Part shown: piece by piece, positions 30,163 through 39,944 of the stretch | Numbering within the stretch: the first letter of the stretch is position 1 | How the letters are laid out: each line of letters opens with the position of its first letter | Assembly: GCA_964291265.2 (NCBI GenBank) | Contig: OZ219746.1 | Span: forward strand, 256,001-320,000 | Source: Alphaproteobacteria bacterium | GTDB lineage: Bacteria > Pseudomonadota > Alphaproteobacteria > SP197 | Reading direction: 5' to 3' | DNA: 64,000 nt | Position numbers and translations under genes: made by a program | Notes under the pieces: generated by a model | Databases searched by the model: none | Seen by the model: only the letters and a program-made list of their open reading frames with translations | What the model was told of the DNA's origin: nothing

Positions 30163-30273
30163 GCACAAAATGCATCCGTACATGGGTACACTGTGAAGTC
30201 CGTCAAACCCGATAAACCGCGCAATATCAACGACTTGACGCGATTTCCAGCTGGAAAACGTCCGGAACTTCGG

Positions 30274-30394
30274 CTTAGGCGACGCGGCCCTGGCATCGAA
30301 CGAGGTGACGACATGGGTGGTTTCTGTGTGGTCGTTGTGGGTTCCTGCACCGCAGGTGTCCCTCTTCACGGTCTCGCGGTCTGCTCCACTAGTC
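30274..30394 (+). repeat. right copy of 121-bp perfect direct repeat flanking IS1634
   Basis: Identical to 28200-28320. Confidence 0.95.
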
Positions 30395-31226
30395 ATGAGT
30401 CATGTCACGGCAAGGGCACTTTGCCGCACGTCGAGGGCGCGACGAGGTTTTGAAGGGTGTGGGTCGGGACGCCCTCGCCGGTCGTTCAGCCGGAGATCCA
30501 GCGCTTCACTTCGCTCTGGTGGCCGACCTGCCGGGCCCGTTCGACGATGTCGGCGCCGGAACTGCTGTTCAAGCAGACCAGCCGATCCAGCGGTCGCGCA
30601 CGGCTGCCAGCCGACCGGCGCGATCCAGGTCCTGCCCGCCAGGGCGACATGGCGCAGGCCCTCTGTGATATGCCGCGACACCGCAGGTCGTGATGCTCCC
30701 CCACCAGACGGTCCACGGAGCCGGTGCTCACGTGCGCCACGGATCGGGTTCAACCGTCACCTCAGCGAAGGTCGATGGAGGAATCCGGGGTCGAGTGCAT
30801 CGTCATGGTCGGCACACACACCACGCGCCAATAGCGGAATGGTCCGCTCAGAATCAGCATGCGTCGATCGCCGTGACGGCAATGGAAGATCCCTGGGACC
30901 GCAGGTGCGACGCCGGTAGCAGCGTTGGCCGCACCGATGAACGGCATGAACGGGCGCACCAGCGATGGCCGAAGCCGTGGCCGAGATCGCCATCAAGGTC
31001 GGCCGTCGCACGACCCATCGCTCCTTTCTTCAGCCACGGCGGGACCAGGCGGTTCGTTGCCGCGCGATCTGCACCCCTCCCCTGTTGCAATGCTCCGCTC
31101 CAGCTGGCTGGCAGTGGAACCGGAAAACCGACCGCATCTCGAGAAAATTGTCGCACCCGGTCAAGACACGGACGCGTCGGGCGGATAGACTTGCAGCCCA
31201 TCGCCGCCCATCACAAGGGAAGTCTC

Positions 31227-32978
31227 ATGACCAGATCCGACATCGACCCGATCACGCTGAGCGTGGTGCGCGGGGTCCTAGAAACCACGCAGCGCGAGAT
31301 GACCGTGTCACTGGAGAAGACCGCGCGATCCTCGGTTTTCAACCTTGCACACGATTATTCCACGGCCCTTTTCGATGCCAAGCCCGAGATGATCCTGCAG
31401 GGACAGGATATTCCCATCCATATCGGTTCGCTGATTCCGGCGATGAAGGCCGTCTGGAACTTCTTCGAGGACGATGTCCACGAGGGTGACCTCATCCTTC
31501 ACAATGACCCCGACTATGCAGGATCCCACATCATCGACACCTGCATGTACTGGCCTGTGTTCTACGATGGGGAACTTGTCTTCTGGACTGTTTGCAAGGG
31601 GCATCTTACCGATATCGGCGGCCCCGTTCCGGCAGGCTACAACCCCGAAGCGAAAGAGATCTATGCCGAGGGCCTGCGCATTCCGCCGATCAAGATCCGG
31701 GAGAAAGGCAAGCCGCGTCACGACATCATGAACATGATCCTCACCAACATGCGTGCCCGTCGCGACCAGGAAGGCGACTTCAACGCGCTGATCGGGTCCT
31801 GTCAGGTCGGTGCGCGCAATCTGGTCGCATTGCTCGACAAGTACGGCGTCGATGAGGTGAAGGCGTGCATCGATGTTCTGATGGACATGGCCGACAGGCA
31901 CATGCGGTCGCTCATCGCGGGAGTTCCGGACGGTACCTACACCGGTACAGCCATCCTCGAAGATGCGGGCCACGGATTCGGTGATTTCGAGATCACGGCG
32001 AATGTCACCATCAGGGATGACACCTGCCACATCGCCATCGACAGCCCTCCGCAGATTCCCTATTTCATCAATTCCTACGAGGGCAACTCCTACTCCGGCG
32101 TCTATCTCGGTCTGATGATGTTCGCGCAACTGCCGCCACCCTACAACGAGGGGCTTTATCGCTGTGTCAGCGTCGACATGGGCCCCAAGGGCACGCTGTG
32201 CAACGCTCAAGAACCCGCACCGCATGCCAACTGCACGACGACACCTATGGAAACACTGACCGATGCGGTGCGGCTCGCCTTCGAAAGGGCAGCGCCCGAC
32301 AGGGTGTCGGCGAGTTGGGGGCACGCCAACGGCTGCACGATTTCGGGCTGGGATGCACGGCACAACGAGGAATACGTCACGATGGTGCTTGCCACGATCA
32401 TTTCCGGTGCCGGGGCCACACCCAGCCAGGACGGCTGGCACGCCGTAGGACCGGAGTGTTGTTTCGGAGCCCTGACGTCAGGTGACATCGAACTTCTCGA
32501 ACATGCCTATCCGGTCATCATCCACGGCTATTCTCTGATGACCGATTCCGGCGGTGCGGGAAAGTTCCGCGGCGGCTCCGGAACGCGCTGGGAAGTGGAG
32601 CCGCTCGAAGGTGAGATGACCTATGTCACCTTTGGCGAGGGCCGCCGCATTCCGGCGATGGGCGCTTCCGGCGCGGCCTCGGCCTTGATCGAACCCAAGG
32701 TTGGCAAGCTCGAGATCACCCGCAACGGCGAGACCGTCACCATCAAGGAGAACGTCATCGAGACGATTCGTCCGGGAGAACGGGCGGCCAACAAGAATCC
32801 CGGTGGCGGTGGATACGGAAATCCCTTCGAGCGTGATGTCGAGAAGGTGCTCCAGGATGTGAAGAACGGTCTTGTCTCGGTCGTCGGTGCACGTGAAGAC
32901 TACGGTGTCGTTATCGCTGATGATCGGGTGCTGACGGTGGACCGCACCGCTACCGACGCACTGCGCGCCGGCTGCTGA
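31227..32978 (+). CDS. hydantoinase B/oxoprolinase family subunit, caprolactamase CapB-like
   Basis: DPITL.VVRG.LET.QREM, FNLAHDYS, HND, GSH..D, KGHLTDIGGPVPAGYNP, PGGGGYG. Confidence 0.85.
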   Translation: MTRSDIDPITLSVVRGVLETTQREMTVSLEKTARSSVFNLAHDYSTALFDAKPEMILQGQDIPIHIGSLIPAMKAVWNFFEDDVHEGDLILHNDPDYAGSHIIDTCMYWPVFYDGELVFWTVCKGHLTDIGGPVPAGYNPEAKEIYAEGLRIPPIKIREKGKPRHDIMNMILTNMRARRDQEGDFNALIGSCQVGARNLVALLDKYGVDEVKACIDVLMDMADRHMRSLIAGVPDGTYTGTAILEDAGHGFGDFEITANVTIRDDTCHIAIDSPPQIPYFINSYEGNSYSGVYLGLMMFAQLPPPYNEGLYRCVSVDMGPKGTLCNAQEPAPHANCTTTPMETLTDAVRLAFERAAPDRVSASWGHANGCTISGWDARHNEEYVTMVLATIISGAGATPSQDGWHAVGPECCFGALTSGDIELLEHAYPVIIHGYSLMTDSGGAGKFRGGSGTRWEVEPLEGEMTYVTFGEGRRIPAMGASGAASALIEPKVGKLEITRNGETVTIKENVIETIRPGERAANKNPGGGGYGNPFERDVEKVLQDVKNGLVSVVGAREDYGVVIADDRVLTVDRTATDALRAGC

Positions 32979-32990
32979 GGGCGCTCCGGG

Positions 32991-35069
32991 ATGGCGACAT
33001 ACAGACTCGGCATCGACGCCGGCGGGACCTTTACCGATTTCGTGCTGGCCTCTCGGGGTGGTGGTGTTCGTCTCTTCAAGGCGCTATCGACACCCGGTGA
33101 TCCGACGGCCGCGATCCGTGCTGGCCTTTCCCTGATGGCCGAAGCGACCGGCGAGAGTCCGGAGAGTCTGGTCGCGAACGCGGACCTCTGCATCAACGGC
33201 ACGACCGTCGCGCTCAATGCACTCATCCAGCACCAGGGGGCCTCCACAGGACTGATCTGCACCGCCGGGCACGAGGACAGCATCGAGATCCGCCTGGGGC
33301 ACAAGGAGGATGGCTACCGCTATGACACCGAGTATCCGCCGGCAACCATGCTCGTGCCCCGCTACCTGCGCCGAGGTGTTCGCGAGCGGGTGATCTCCGA
33401 CGGTTCGATCCACACGCCCATGGTCGAGGATGATGTCCGCGCCGCCTGCGAGCTCTTTCTCAAGGAGGGTATCCGCTCGGTCGCCGTCTCCTTCGTCTGG
33501 TCGGTGCTCAATCCCGTCCACGAGCGGCGTGCCGCCGCCATCGTGACCGAGATGATGCCGGACGCCCTCCTGACCATCGGTTGTGAACTCTATCCGCAGG
33601 TGCGCGAATACACGCGGACATCGACGGCGGTGGTCAATGCCTATCTCGGTCCGGTACTGCGCTCTTATGCGAATGCGGTCGACGATTATTTTCGGGAACT
33701 CGGTGCAAGGAACCCCGTGCGCTTTTTCCAGTCGAACGGAGGACTCGCCACCGGCAACGTGCTCTCGGACCGCTCCGTCTATGCGATCAATTCCGGTCCG
33801 GCTTCGGCACCGCAGGCGGGGCTCCATGTAGCGGCGCCGTTCGGGGAGAACAACATCATCACCGTTGACATGGGCGGAACGTCCTTCGACATCACGCTCA
33901 CCAGGAACGGTGTTTCCAATATCACCAAGAACATCGACTTCCTCCGCTACCGTCTCGGCGTACCGATGATCCAGGTCGAGACACTCGGTGCCGGTGGGGG
34001 ATCCATCGGCAGGATCGATGAACTCGGACTCCTGCAGGTCGGACCGGAGAGCGCCGGTGCCGATCCGGGACCTGCCTGCTACGCTCGGGGCGGGCACCGG
34101 CCGACGGTGTCCGATGCCAACCTCGTGCTCGGCTACCTCAATCCCGAGGGTCTTGTCGGTGGCATCCTGCCGCTGGACAGACGACAGGCGATGGAGGCCA
34201 TCCGGACCCACGTGGCCGAGCCGCTCGGCATCAGCGTCGAGACCGCAGCCTTCGGCATCTACACCATCGTCAACGCCAACATGGTCAATGGCATCCGCCG
34301 GGTGTCCGTGGAGCGCGGCGACGATCCCCGGGACTTCACGCTTGTCGGCGCCGGCGGTGCGACCGCGGCGCACATCACCGCACTGGCTCGCGAGATGGAG
34401 ATCCGCAGGGTCCTGATCCCCAAGCTCGCTTCGGGCCTGTGCGCTTTCGGACAGATCATTTCCGATGTGAAGTACAACTACATGGCGCCTTTCCCGGCGC
34501 GTTTCGAAGGAGAGGCAACCGCCGGAGAACTCGCCCGGACCTTCGCGGCGATCGAGGCGCGTGGTCTGCGCGACCTCGAGGAAGATGGTTTCTCGCGCGA
34601 CCGGATCGACATCCAGCGTTCACTCGACATGCGCTATGTCGGGCAGGTTCACGAATGCATGGTGGAGATTGGCGACATGGCAATCACGTGCGAGTCCCTC
34701 GAAACCATCCGTGACGCCTTCCACAGACGCCACGAGGAGCTCTACACCTATTCCGAGCCTCACAGCGTTGTTGAGGTGGTGAATATCGAGAGCGCGGTTT
34801 TCGGCCGCATTGACAAGCCGCAAGGTGTGGAACTGCCGGCATCCGACGGGCCGGAGGCTGCAGTGAAGGGGGCGCGGGACCTGATCCTCTCAGCTGATGG
34901 CGGCGTCCACGGTGTTTGCGTCTTCGATGGCAACAGGCTCGGAGCCGGTGACAGGATCACGGGCCCGGCCGTCATCGAGGAGGACACGACGACCATCCTC
35001 CTCACGCCGGGTTGGCGGGCGGAGCTTCACCCTTCGGGTGTCTACGTCCTCACCGATCATGGTGCCTGA
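32991..35069 (+). CDS. hydantoinase A/oxoprolinase family subunit, caprolactamase CapA-like
   Basis: GIDAGGTFTD, INGTT, RLGHKEDG.RYD, SNGG, DMGGTSFD, GAGGGS, SAGADPGP. Confidence 0.85.
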   Translation: MATYRLGIDAGGTFTDFVLASRGGGVRLFKALSTPGDPTAAIRAGLSLMAEATGESPESLVANADLCINGTTVALNALIQHQGASTGLICTAGHEDSIEIRLGHKEDGYRYDTEYPPATMLVPRYLRRGVRERVISDGSIHTPMVEDDVRAACELFLKEGIRSVAVSFVWSVLNPVHERRAAAIVTEMMPDALLTIGCELYPQVREYTRTSTAVVNAYLGPVLRSYANAVDDYFRELGARNPVRFFQSNGGLATGNVLSDRSVYAINSGPASAPQAGLHVAAPFGENNIITVDMGGTSFDITLTRNGVSNITKNIDFLRYRLGVPMIQVETLGAGGGSIGRIDELGLLQVGPESAGADPGPACYARGGHRPTVSDANLVLGYLNPEGLVGGILPLDRRQAMEAIRTHVAEPLGISVETAAFGIYTIVNANMVNGIRRVSVERGDDPRDFTLVGAGGATAAHITALAREMEIRRVLIPKLASGLCAFGQIISDVKYNYMAPFPARFEGEATAGELARTFAAIEARGLRDLEEDGFSRDRIDIQRSLDMRYVGQVHECMVEIGDMAITCESLETIRDAFHRRHEELYTYSEPHSVVEVVNIESAVFGRIDKPQGVELPASDGPEAAVKGARDLILSADGGVHGVCVFDGNRLGAGDRITGPAVIEEDTTTILLTPGWRAELHPSGVYVLTDHGA

Positions 35070-35206
35070 CCGCAAGCATCCTCCCAGAGGAACGTGCACC
35101 GACAGGGTGCAGGCCCCTCGCAGGGTTTGCTCGACAACCTTCGGAGCACCGGCGATTCAGCCATCGGTGGTCGGCCGCATGCGCTTCCGGCCAGGGTGAT
35201 CCTGCG

Positions 35207-36208
35207 TCAGTCCCGCTCCGGGCGGCTCGTAGCGGCCAGAAATCGTTCAAGGGAACCGCGGATCACCTTCTCCTCGAGGCCACGGGTGATGAAGACGATT
35301 CGCGACGAACGATCCCCGTCCGGCCAGCGCCTGAGGTGCATCGGTGGGTGCACGACATGCTGAACACCGTGGAGCACCACCGGTGTTTCCGAGTCCTCGA
35401 CATTGAGGATGCCCTTGACGCGGAGCACCCGTTCTCCATGGGCATGAAGGAGCATCGTCATCCACACGCCGAAGGCGGTCCAGTCGATGAGGCCTTCGAA
35501 ACGCAGCACGAAGGTCCCAGTGGAGGTCGCGTCGAGATGGTGGTCGATGGTCGAGGCACCGGCGAGCCAGCGGGCGACTTCCGTCTCGCGGCGCTCTGCA
35601 GCGGCGACATCGTCCGAGAACAGGAAGTCCGCGTCGAAGGCGCGTCCCGACCCGTGGTGAAGGCCGGCCATCGGCGAGACGGCCCTGACCTGCGCCTCGA
35701 GGGTCTCCACGGCCTCGGCTGTGGCAAGGTCGCACTTCGTGATGAGTACCCGGTCGGCCATGGCGAGCTGCTTGACGGCCTCGTCCTGGCGGGCCAGCGT
35801 GGATTTGCCGGCCACGGCCTCCACCGTGCAGATGGTGTTGCCGATGCAGAAGTGGTTGCGGATCACGGGTTCTGCAGCGACGGTCGAGACAATGGGTGCC
35901 GGGTCGGCGAGACCGGTCGTCTCGACCACGACCCGGCTGAAAGCCGGGATCGCACCCTTTGCGGCCTTCGCCTGCAGCGATTTCAGGGTGTCTCTGAGGT
36001 CACTGCGAATGGTGCAGCACAGGCAGCCCGATTCCAGCAACAGGACTCCTTCCTCGACCTCCTCGAGGAGAATGTGGTCGAGTCCGACCTCGCCGAACTC
36101 ATTGACGATTACGGCGGTATCGGCGAACGCCGGACGCGAAAGGATGTCGCGCAACAGCGTCGTCTTTCCCGACCCCAGGAAGCCTGTGACGATGTTGACA
36201 GGAATCAC
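35207..36208 (-). CDS. CobW/COG0523 G3E GTPase metallochaperone
   Basis: TGFLGSGKTT, NEFG, GCLCC, ETTGLA, TK.D, LRVKG; GTG start overlaps the upstream TGA. Confidence 0.92.
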   Translation of the reverse strand: MIPVNIVTGFLGSGKTTLLRDILSRPAFADTAVIVNEFGEVGLDHILLEEVEEGVLLLESGCLCCTIRSDLRDTLKSLQAKAAKGAIPAFSRVVVETTGLADPAPIVSTVAAEPVIRNHFCIGNTICTVEAVAGKSTLARQDEAVKQLAMADRVLITKCDLATAEAVETLEAQVRAVSPMAGLHHGSGRAFDADFLFSDDVAAAERRETEVARWLAGASTIDHHLDATSTGTFVLRFEGLIDWTAFGVWMTMLLHAHGERVLRVKGILNVEDSETPVVLHGVQHVVHPPMHLRRWPDGDRSSRIVFITRGLEEKVIRGSLERFLAATSRPERD

Positions 36209-36528
36209 GTTCCGATGTCGCCGATTGCCCTGAGCCAAGCCGGATCGCACGGGTCAGCGGGGGCGCCGCGAAGCCGTTCCACGGCCCCCCAGACGGCCTG
36301 GATGTCGTCGACGATTTCCTTCTTCCCCGTCGCCGTGGAGACCACATAGGCGGTGGCCTGGAAGTCGGCAACCGTTATCCTGAACGGTGCCAGTGCGCGA
36401 TTGACCACGGCCATGCGGTTCAAGCGTTCCGAGCGAATGGTGCGCCTGCGAGATCCCGTGAAGGTGTCGGGATGTGCCGACATCTCCGTCCAGTGGGTGA
36501 TTCCCAGAAGCCCGCAGAGTCCGCACAT
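36205..36528 (-). CDS. small hypothetical protein with N-terminal MCGLCG...HW motif
   Basis: 107 aa, 4 nt after the deacetylase stop, GTGA overlap with the CobW gene. Confidence 0.75.
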   Translation of the reverse strand: MCGLCGLLGITHWTEMSAHPDTFTGSRRRTIRSERLNRMAVVNRALAPFRITVADFQATAYVVSTATGKKEIVDDIQAVWGAVERLRGAPADPCDPAWLRAIGDIGT

Positions 36529-36532
36529 GGCG

Positions 36533-37408
36533 TCAGCGCGGAAAGCGCCTGTCGTAGTCGTTCGCGATCTCGTCGAACGTGGTGAATGTCACGCCCGGAT
36601 GGCTGCTGACATGGGCATAGATGCGTTCGAGCATCAACAGCACCTGGGGCTTGCCCGAGACGTCGGGGTGGATCGTGAAGGTCACGACCGCATAGTCCAT
36701 CTCGCGATAGACCCAGTCAAACTGATCGCGCCAGATCTCCTCGAGGTGGCGGGGGTTGACGAATCCGTGACTGTTGGGGGCGGCCTTCATGAACATCATC
36801 GGCGGCAAGTCATCGAGGTACCATGATGCCGGAATCTCGATGAGATCGGTCTCCGTACCGCGTACCAGAGGCTTCATCCATTCCTCGGCCTTCTTCGAGT
36901 AGTCGATCTTGGTCCAGGTGTCACCGACACGCACACGGTAGGGTGTGAAGTCGTCGTGCATGAGCGAGTGGTCGTACTTGATGCCCTTCTTGAGAAGGAG
37001 TTCGTTGGACACTGCGGAAAACTCCCACCACGGTGCAACGTAACCCGTGGGTCGGCGACCGCACAGCCGCTCGATCAGTTCGATGGACTTGTCCATGACC
37101 GTTTCTTCCTGTTCGGGAGTCATGGCAATGGGATTTTCGTGGCTGTATCCATGCATGCCGATCTCGTGGCCGGCATCGGCAATGGCCTTCATCTGATCGG
37201 GAAAGGTCTCCAGGGAATGGCCGGGGATGAACCATGTGGCCTTGATGCCGAAGCGCTCCAGAAGCTGAAGAATGCGCATCGAGCCGACCTCGCCGGAGAA
37301 CATGCCGCGGCTGATGTCGCAAGGGCTGTCCTCGCCCCCGTAGGATCCGAGCCAGCCGCCGACGGCATCCACATCGATTCCGAATGCGCAGAAAATTTCC
37401 TTGGTCAT
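36533..37408 (-). CDS. polysaccharide deacetylase family protein (HP0310/PgdA/PuuE-like CE4)
   Basis: [51 protein letters not shown]. Confidence 0.9.
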   Translation of the reverse strand: MTKEIFCAFGIDVDAVGGWLGSYGGEDSPCDISRGMFSGEVGSMRILQLLERFGIKATWFIPGHSLETFPDQMKAIADAGHEIGMHGYSHENPIAMTPEQEETVMDKSIELIERLCGRRPTGYVAPWWEFSAVSNELLLKKGIKYDHSLMHDDFTPYRVRVGDTWTKIDYSKKAEEWMKPLVRGTETDLIEIPASWYLDDLPPMMFMKAAPNSHGFVNPRHLEEIWRDQFDWVYREMDYAVVTFTIHPDVSGKPQVLLMLERIYAHVSSHPGVTFTTFDEIANDYDRRFPR

Positions 37409-37488
37409 GACCGTGTCCCTTGATTCTGGGCGCCATGCTAACCGCTCGATGGAGCGGAGTCACCATGAAGGATGCACCGGGGCCCGTG

Positions 37489-38595
37489 TCAGTCGGCCTC
37501 AATGACGATGGTCGCCCTGTCCCTTCGCCAGCTCAGATCGACATTCGACCCGGGAACGATCGTGCCGTCCTCGATCTTGGTGCGGTGGGCCTCGAGGCGA
37601 ACGGACATCCGTTCGTCGAGGCGGACACCGACGTGAACGATCTGTCCCACGCGGTCGAGTGCCGTGACAACACCCTGGACATGATCATGGTCCGCGGTGT
37701 GTGCCGTCGCAACTGCAGAGGAGATATGAACGTATTCGGATGGAACCACGACCATGGCGCGCGATCCTGCCGCTGCGCTGCCATCGAATCCCGGCACGCC
37801 GTGAAGCCTGCCAAATCGTGTGTCGACCACCGCCGCTTGCGGCGGCGAGGAGACGAGGGTGCCTTCGATGATCTTGTTGCGGCCGATGAAGCGCGCGACA
37901 AATGGAGACGCAGGGCGGGTGTAGAGTTCGAACGGGTTGGAGATCTGCTCGATCCGTCCGGCGTTCATGACGACCACTCGGTCACCCATGCTCAGCGCTT
38001 CCGACTGGGCATGGGTGACGAAGACAAACGTGATTCCGAGATCACGCTGGAGAATCTTCAGTTCTTCCTGAATCGACTTCCGCAGATTGGCATCGAGTGC
38101 GCCAAGCGGTTCGTCGAGAAGGAGGATGCCCGGTTCGGTCACGAGTCCGCGACCGAGCGCGAGGCGCTGCTTCTGCCCGCCCGACAGGGAACTTTCGTTC
38201 TCGTCGGCGACATTGCCGAGTTCGAGTTTGTCGATCATGGTGTCGACCCTGCGTTTCATGTCGTCAGGGGGCACCTTGCGGACCCTCAGCCCGTACTCGA
38301 TGTTCTGCCGCACGGTCATATGCGGGAAGATGGCGTAGTTCTGGAAGATGGTGGCGGTGGGCCGCCGCTCCGTGGGGACGCGGGTGTAGTCCTTGCCACG
38401 GATCAGGAGATGGCCGGCCGTTATGCTCTCAAGTCCGGCGATCATGCGCAGCGTCGTCGTCTTGCCGCATCCGGACGGTCCCACGAACGAGATGAACTCC
38501 CCGCGCTCCACGGCGAGATCGAACGCCTCCACGGCGACGGTGCCGCCGGGATACACCTTTCTCAGGCCGATGAGTTCGAGGTCGATGTCCGCCAT
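37489..38595 (-). CDS. ABC transporter ATP-binding protein (PotA-like, canonical)
   Basis: GPSGCGKTT, LSGGQKQR, LLDEP, VTH; TOBE tail. Confidence 0.92.
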   Translation of the reverse strand: MADIDLELIGLRKVYPGGTVAVEAFDLAVERGEFISFVGPSGCGKTTTLRMIAGLESITAGHLLIRGKDYTRVPTERRPTATIFQNYAIFPHMTVRQNIEYGLRVRKVPPDDMKRRVDTMIDKLELGNVADENESSLSGGQKQRLALGRGLVTEPGILLLDEPLGALDANLRKSIQEELKILQRDLGITFVFVTHAQSEALSMGDRVVVMNAGRIEQISNPFELYTRPASPFVARFIGRNKIIEGTLVSSPPQAAVVDTRFGRLHGVPGFDGSAAAGSRAMVVVPSEYVHISSAVATAHTADHDHVQGVVTALDRVGQIVHVGVRLDERMSVRLEAHRTKIEDGTIVPGSNVDLSWRRDRATIVIEAD

Positions 38596-38681
38596 GGGCC
38601 GGAATCTTCTCAAGGTCCTTGTTGCTGAAACGATGGAACGGGAGGATGCCCGAGCGGACAACCTCCCGCCGCCGGTGCCGT

Positions 38682-39902
38682 TCAGGCGCTCAGGAACTCG
38701 TCCCACTTCATGATGAGGTGGTCGTATTCGTCCGGCCACTGGTGCCAGTACTTGATATGCGCCGCCCGGGTCTCGAGAGAACCGCCATCACGCAGGTCGC
38801 CTTCCATGATGCCGCGATCGGGTGCGCCGACCCATGGCATGCCCTCATACCAGAAGCCGTACCTGTCAGGGTCCATGACGTCCTTGATGTTGGTCGTCGG
38901 CGAATAGTAGCCCTGTTCGGACACGGTGATGGCCGGCGGACCCGACAGCCAATAGTCGCAATAGGCGATCACGGCCTCCGTATTCGGGGAGTTGGCGATG
39001 AGAGAGTTGCCGATGGACCAGGCGCGGTAACCCTCGCGCGGCACCGCATAGGAGCACTCGATACCCTGGGCCTTGACCGCCATGACGGCCGGCTGCCAGG
39101 CGTCGGCGAGGATCATCTCGCCCGAAGCGAGGAGGTTCACCAGTTCGCCGAAGTCACCCCACAGTGAACGGAACTGGCCATCCTTCTTCTTCGAGACAAG
39201 GAACTTCGCAGCCTCGTCGATTTCCTCGGTCGAGGGGTTGCCCGGGTTCTCGTTCTCGAGCATGCCCATCGAGGTCATGGCCAGCACCGCCTGGCCGAAC
39301 GCGATGAGCGGGTCGACGTTGAGACCTGTCTTGCCCTTGAACTTGGGATCGAAGATCGATGTCCAGGTGTTGGCTTCTTCGGCGTCCACAAGGTCCGGGC
39401 GGTAGCCGATGGAGTCGAAGTTGTAGACGGTCGGCACCATCCACAGCTCGGTCTTGGCGTTATCGGCCCAGATCTGCCCCGAAATCTGTGCACGCGCCTC
39501 CATGCGCGTGTCCGTATCGATGAAGGTCGGGCGAATGTTGGCCCAGTTCTTCAGTTCAGATGTGGGAATCGGTTTGATCGTGTTGGTGATGGTCATCGCC
39601 GGCAAGCGCTCGCCGATGGTCTCCCAGACGTCATAGGCGTCGGATCCCGAGAGCAGTTCGGTCTGCGTGTTGGGGAAGATGTCGGCCTTGCCCGAAACCG
39701 AACCCACGCCCGATTTTTCCTTGAAGTCGTTGAGAATGCGTTCCTGTACCGTGACCGACAGCCCGACCGTGCGCAGTTCCTGGTCGGCGAGATGGTTATC
39801 GGCAAGCGCCATCTGCGGTGTCAACAGCATGGCCCCCGTACCGAGCGCAGTGCTGCCGGCGAGGAAGCCTCGCCGTGAAGTGGTGATGTCTTTCATTGTC
39901 AT
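38682..39902 (-). CDS. Tat-exported ABC solute-binding protein (PotD-like)
   Basis: SRRGFL twin-arginine signal; L.SGE...DAW, Y.VPREG. Confidence 0.88.
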   Translation of the reverse strand: MTMKDITTSRRGFLAGSTALGTGAMLLTPQMALADNHLADQELRTVGLSVTVQERILNDFKEKSGVGSVSGKADIFPNTQTELLSGSDAYDVWETIGERLPAMTITNTIKPIPTSELKNWANIRPTFIDTDTRMEARAQISGQIWADNAKTELWMVPTVYNFDSIGYRPDLVDAEEANTWTSIFDPKFKGKTGLNVDPLIAFGQAVLAMTSMGMLENENPGNPSTEEIDEAAKFLVSKKKDGQFRSLWGDFGELVNLLASGEMILADAWQPAVMAVKAQGIECSYAVPREGYRAWSIGNSLIANSPNTEAVIAYCDYWLSGPPAITVSEQGYYSPTTNIKDVMDPDRYGFWYEGMPWVGAPDRGIMEGDLRDGGSLETRAAHIKYWHQWPDEYDHLIMKWDEFLSA

Positions 39903-39944
39903 GGTTCTCCAGAGTTCAGAGTTTCGACCGCAAGCAGGAACGGC

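Larger units (their letters stand above)
28320..30273 (-). mobile_element. IS1634-family insertion sequence
   Basis: TIR CCGAAGTTCC at both ends; IHF-like WATCAAN4TTR boxes near both ends (TATCAAGCACTTG, TATCAACGACTTG); long flanking direct repeats. Confidence 0.92.

Noticed and set aside
30690-31226. 179-aa N-terminal extension of the hydantoinase B ORF (likewise the extensions on 11613, 51840, 53540 and 54346)
   Set aside because: Family homology and RBS begin at downstream starts; the extensions are low-complexity or overlap other genes
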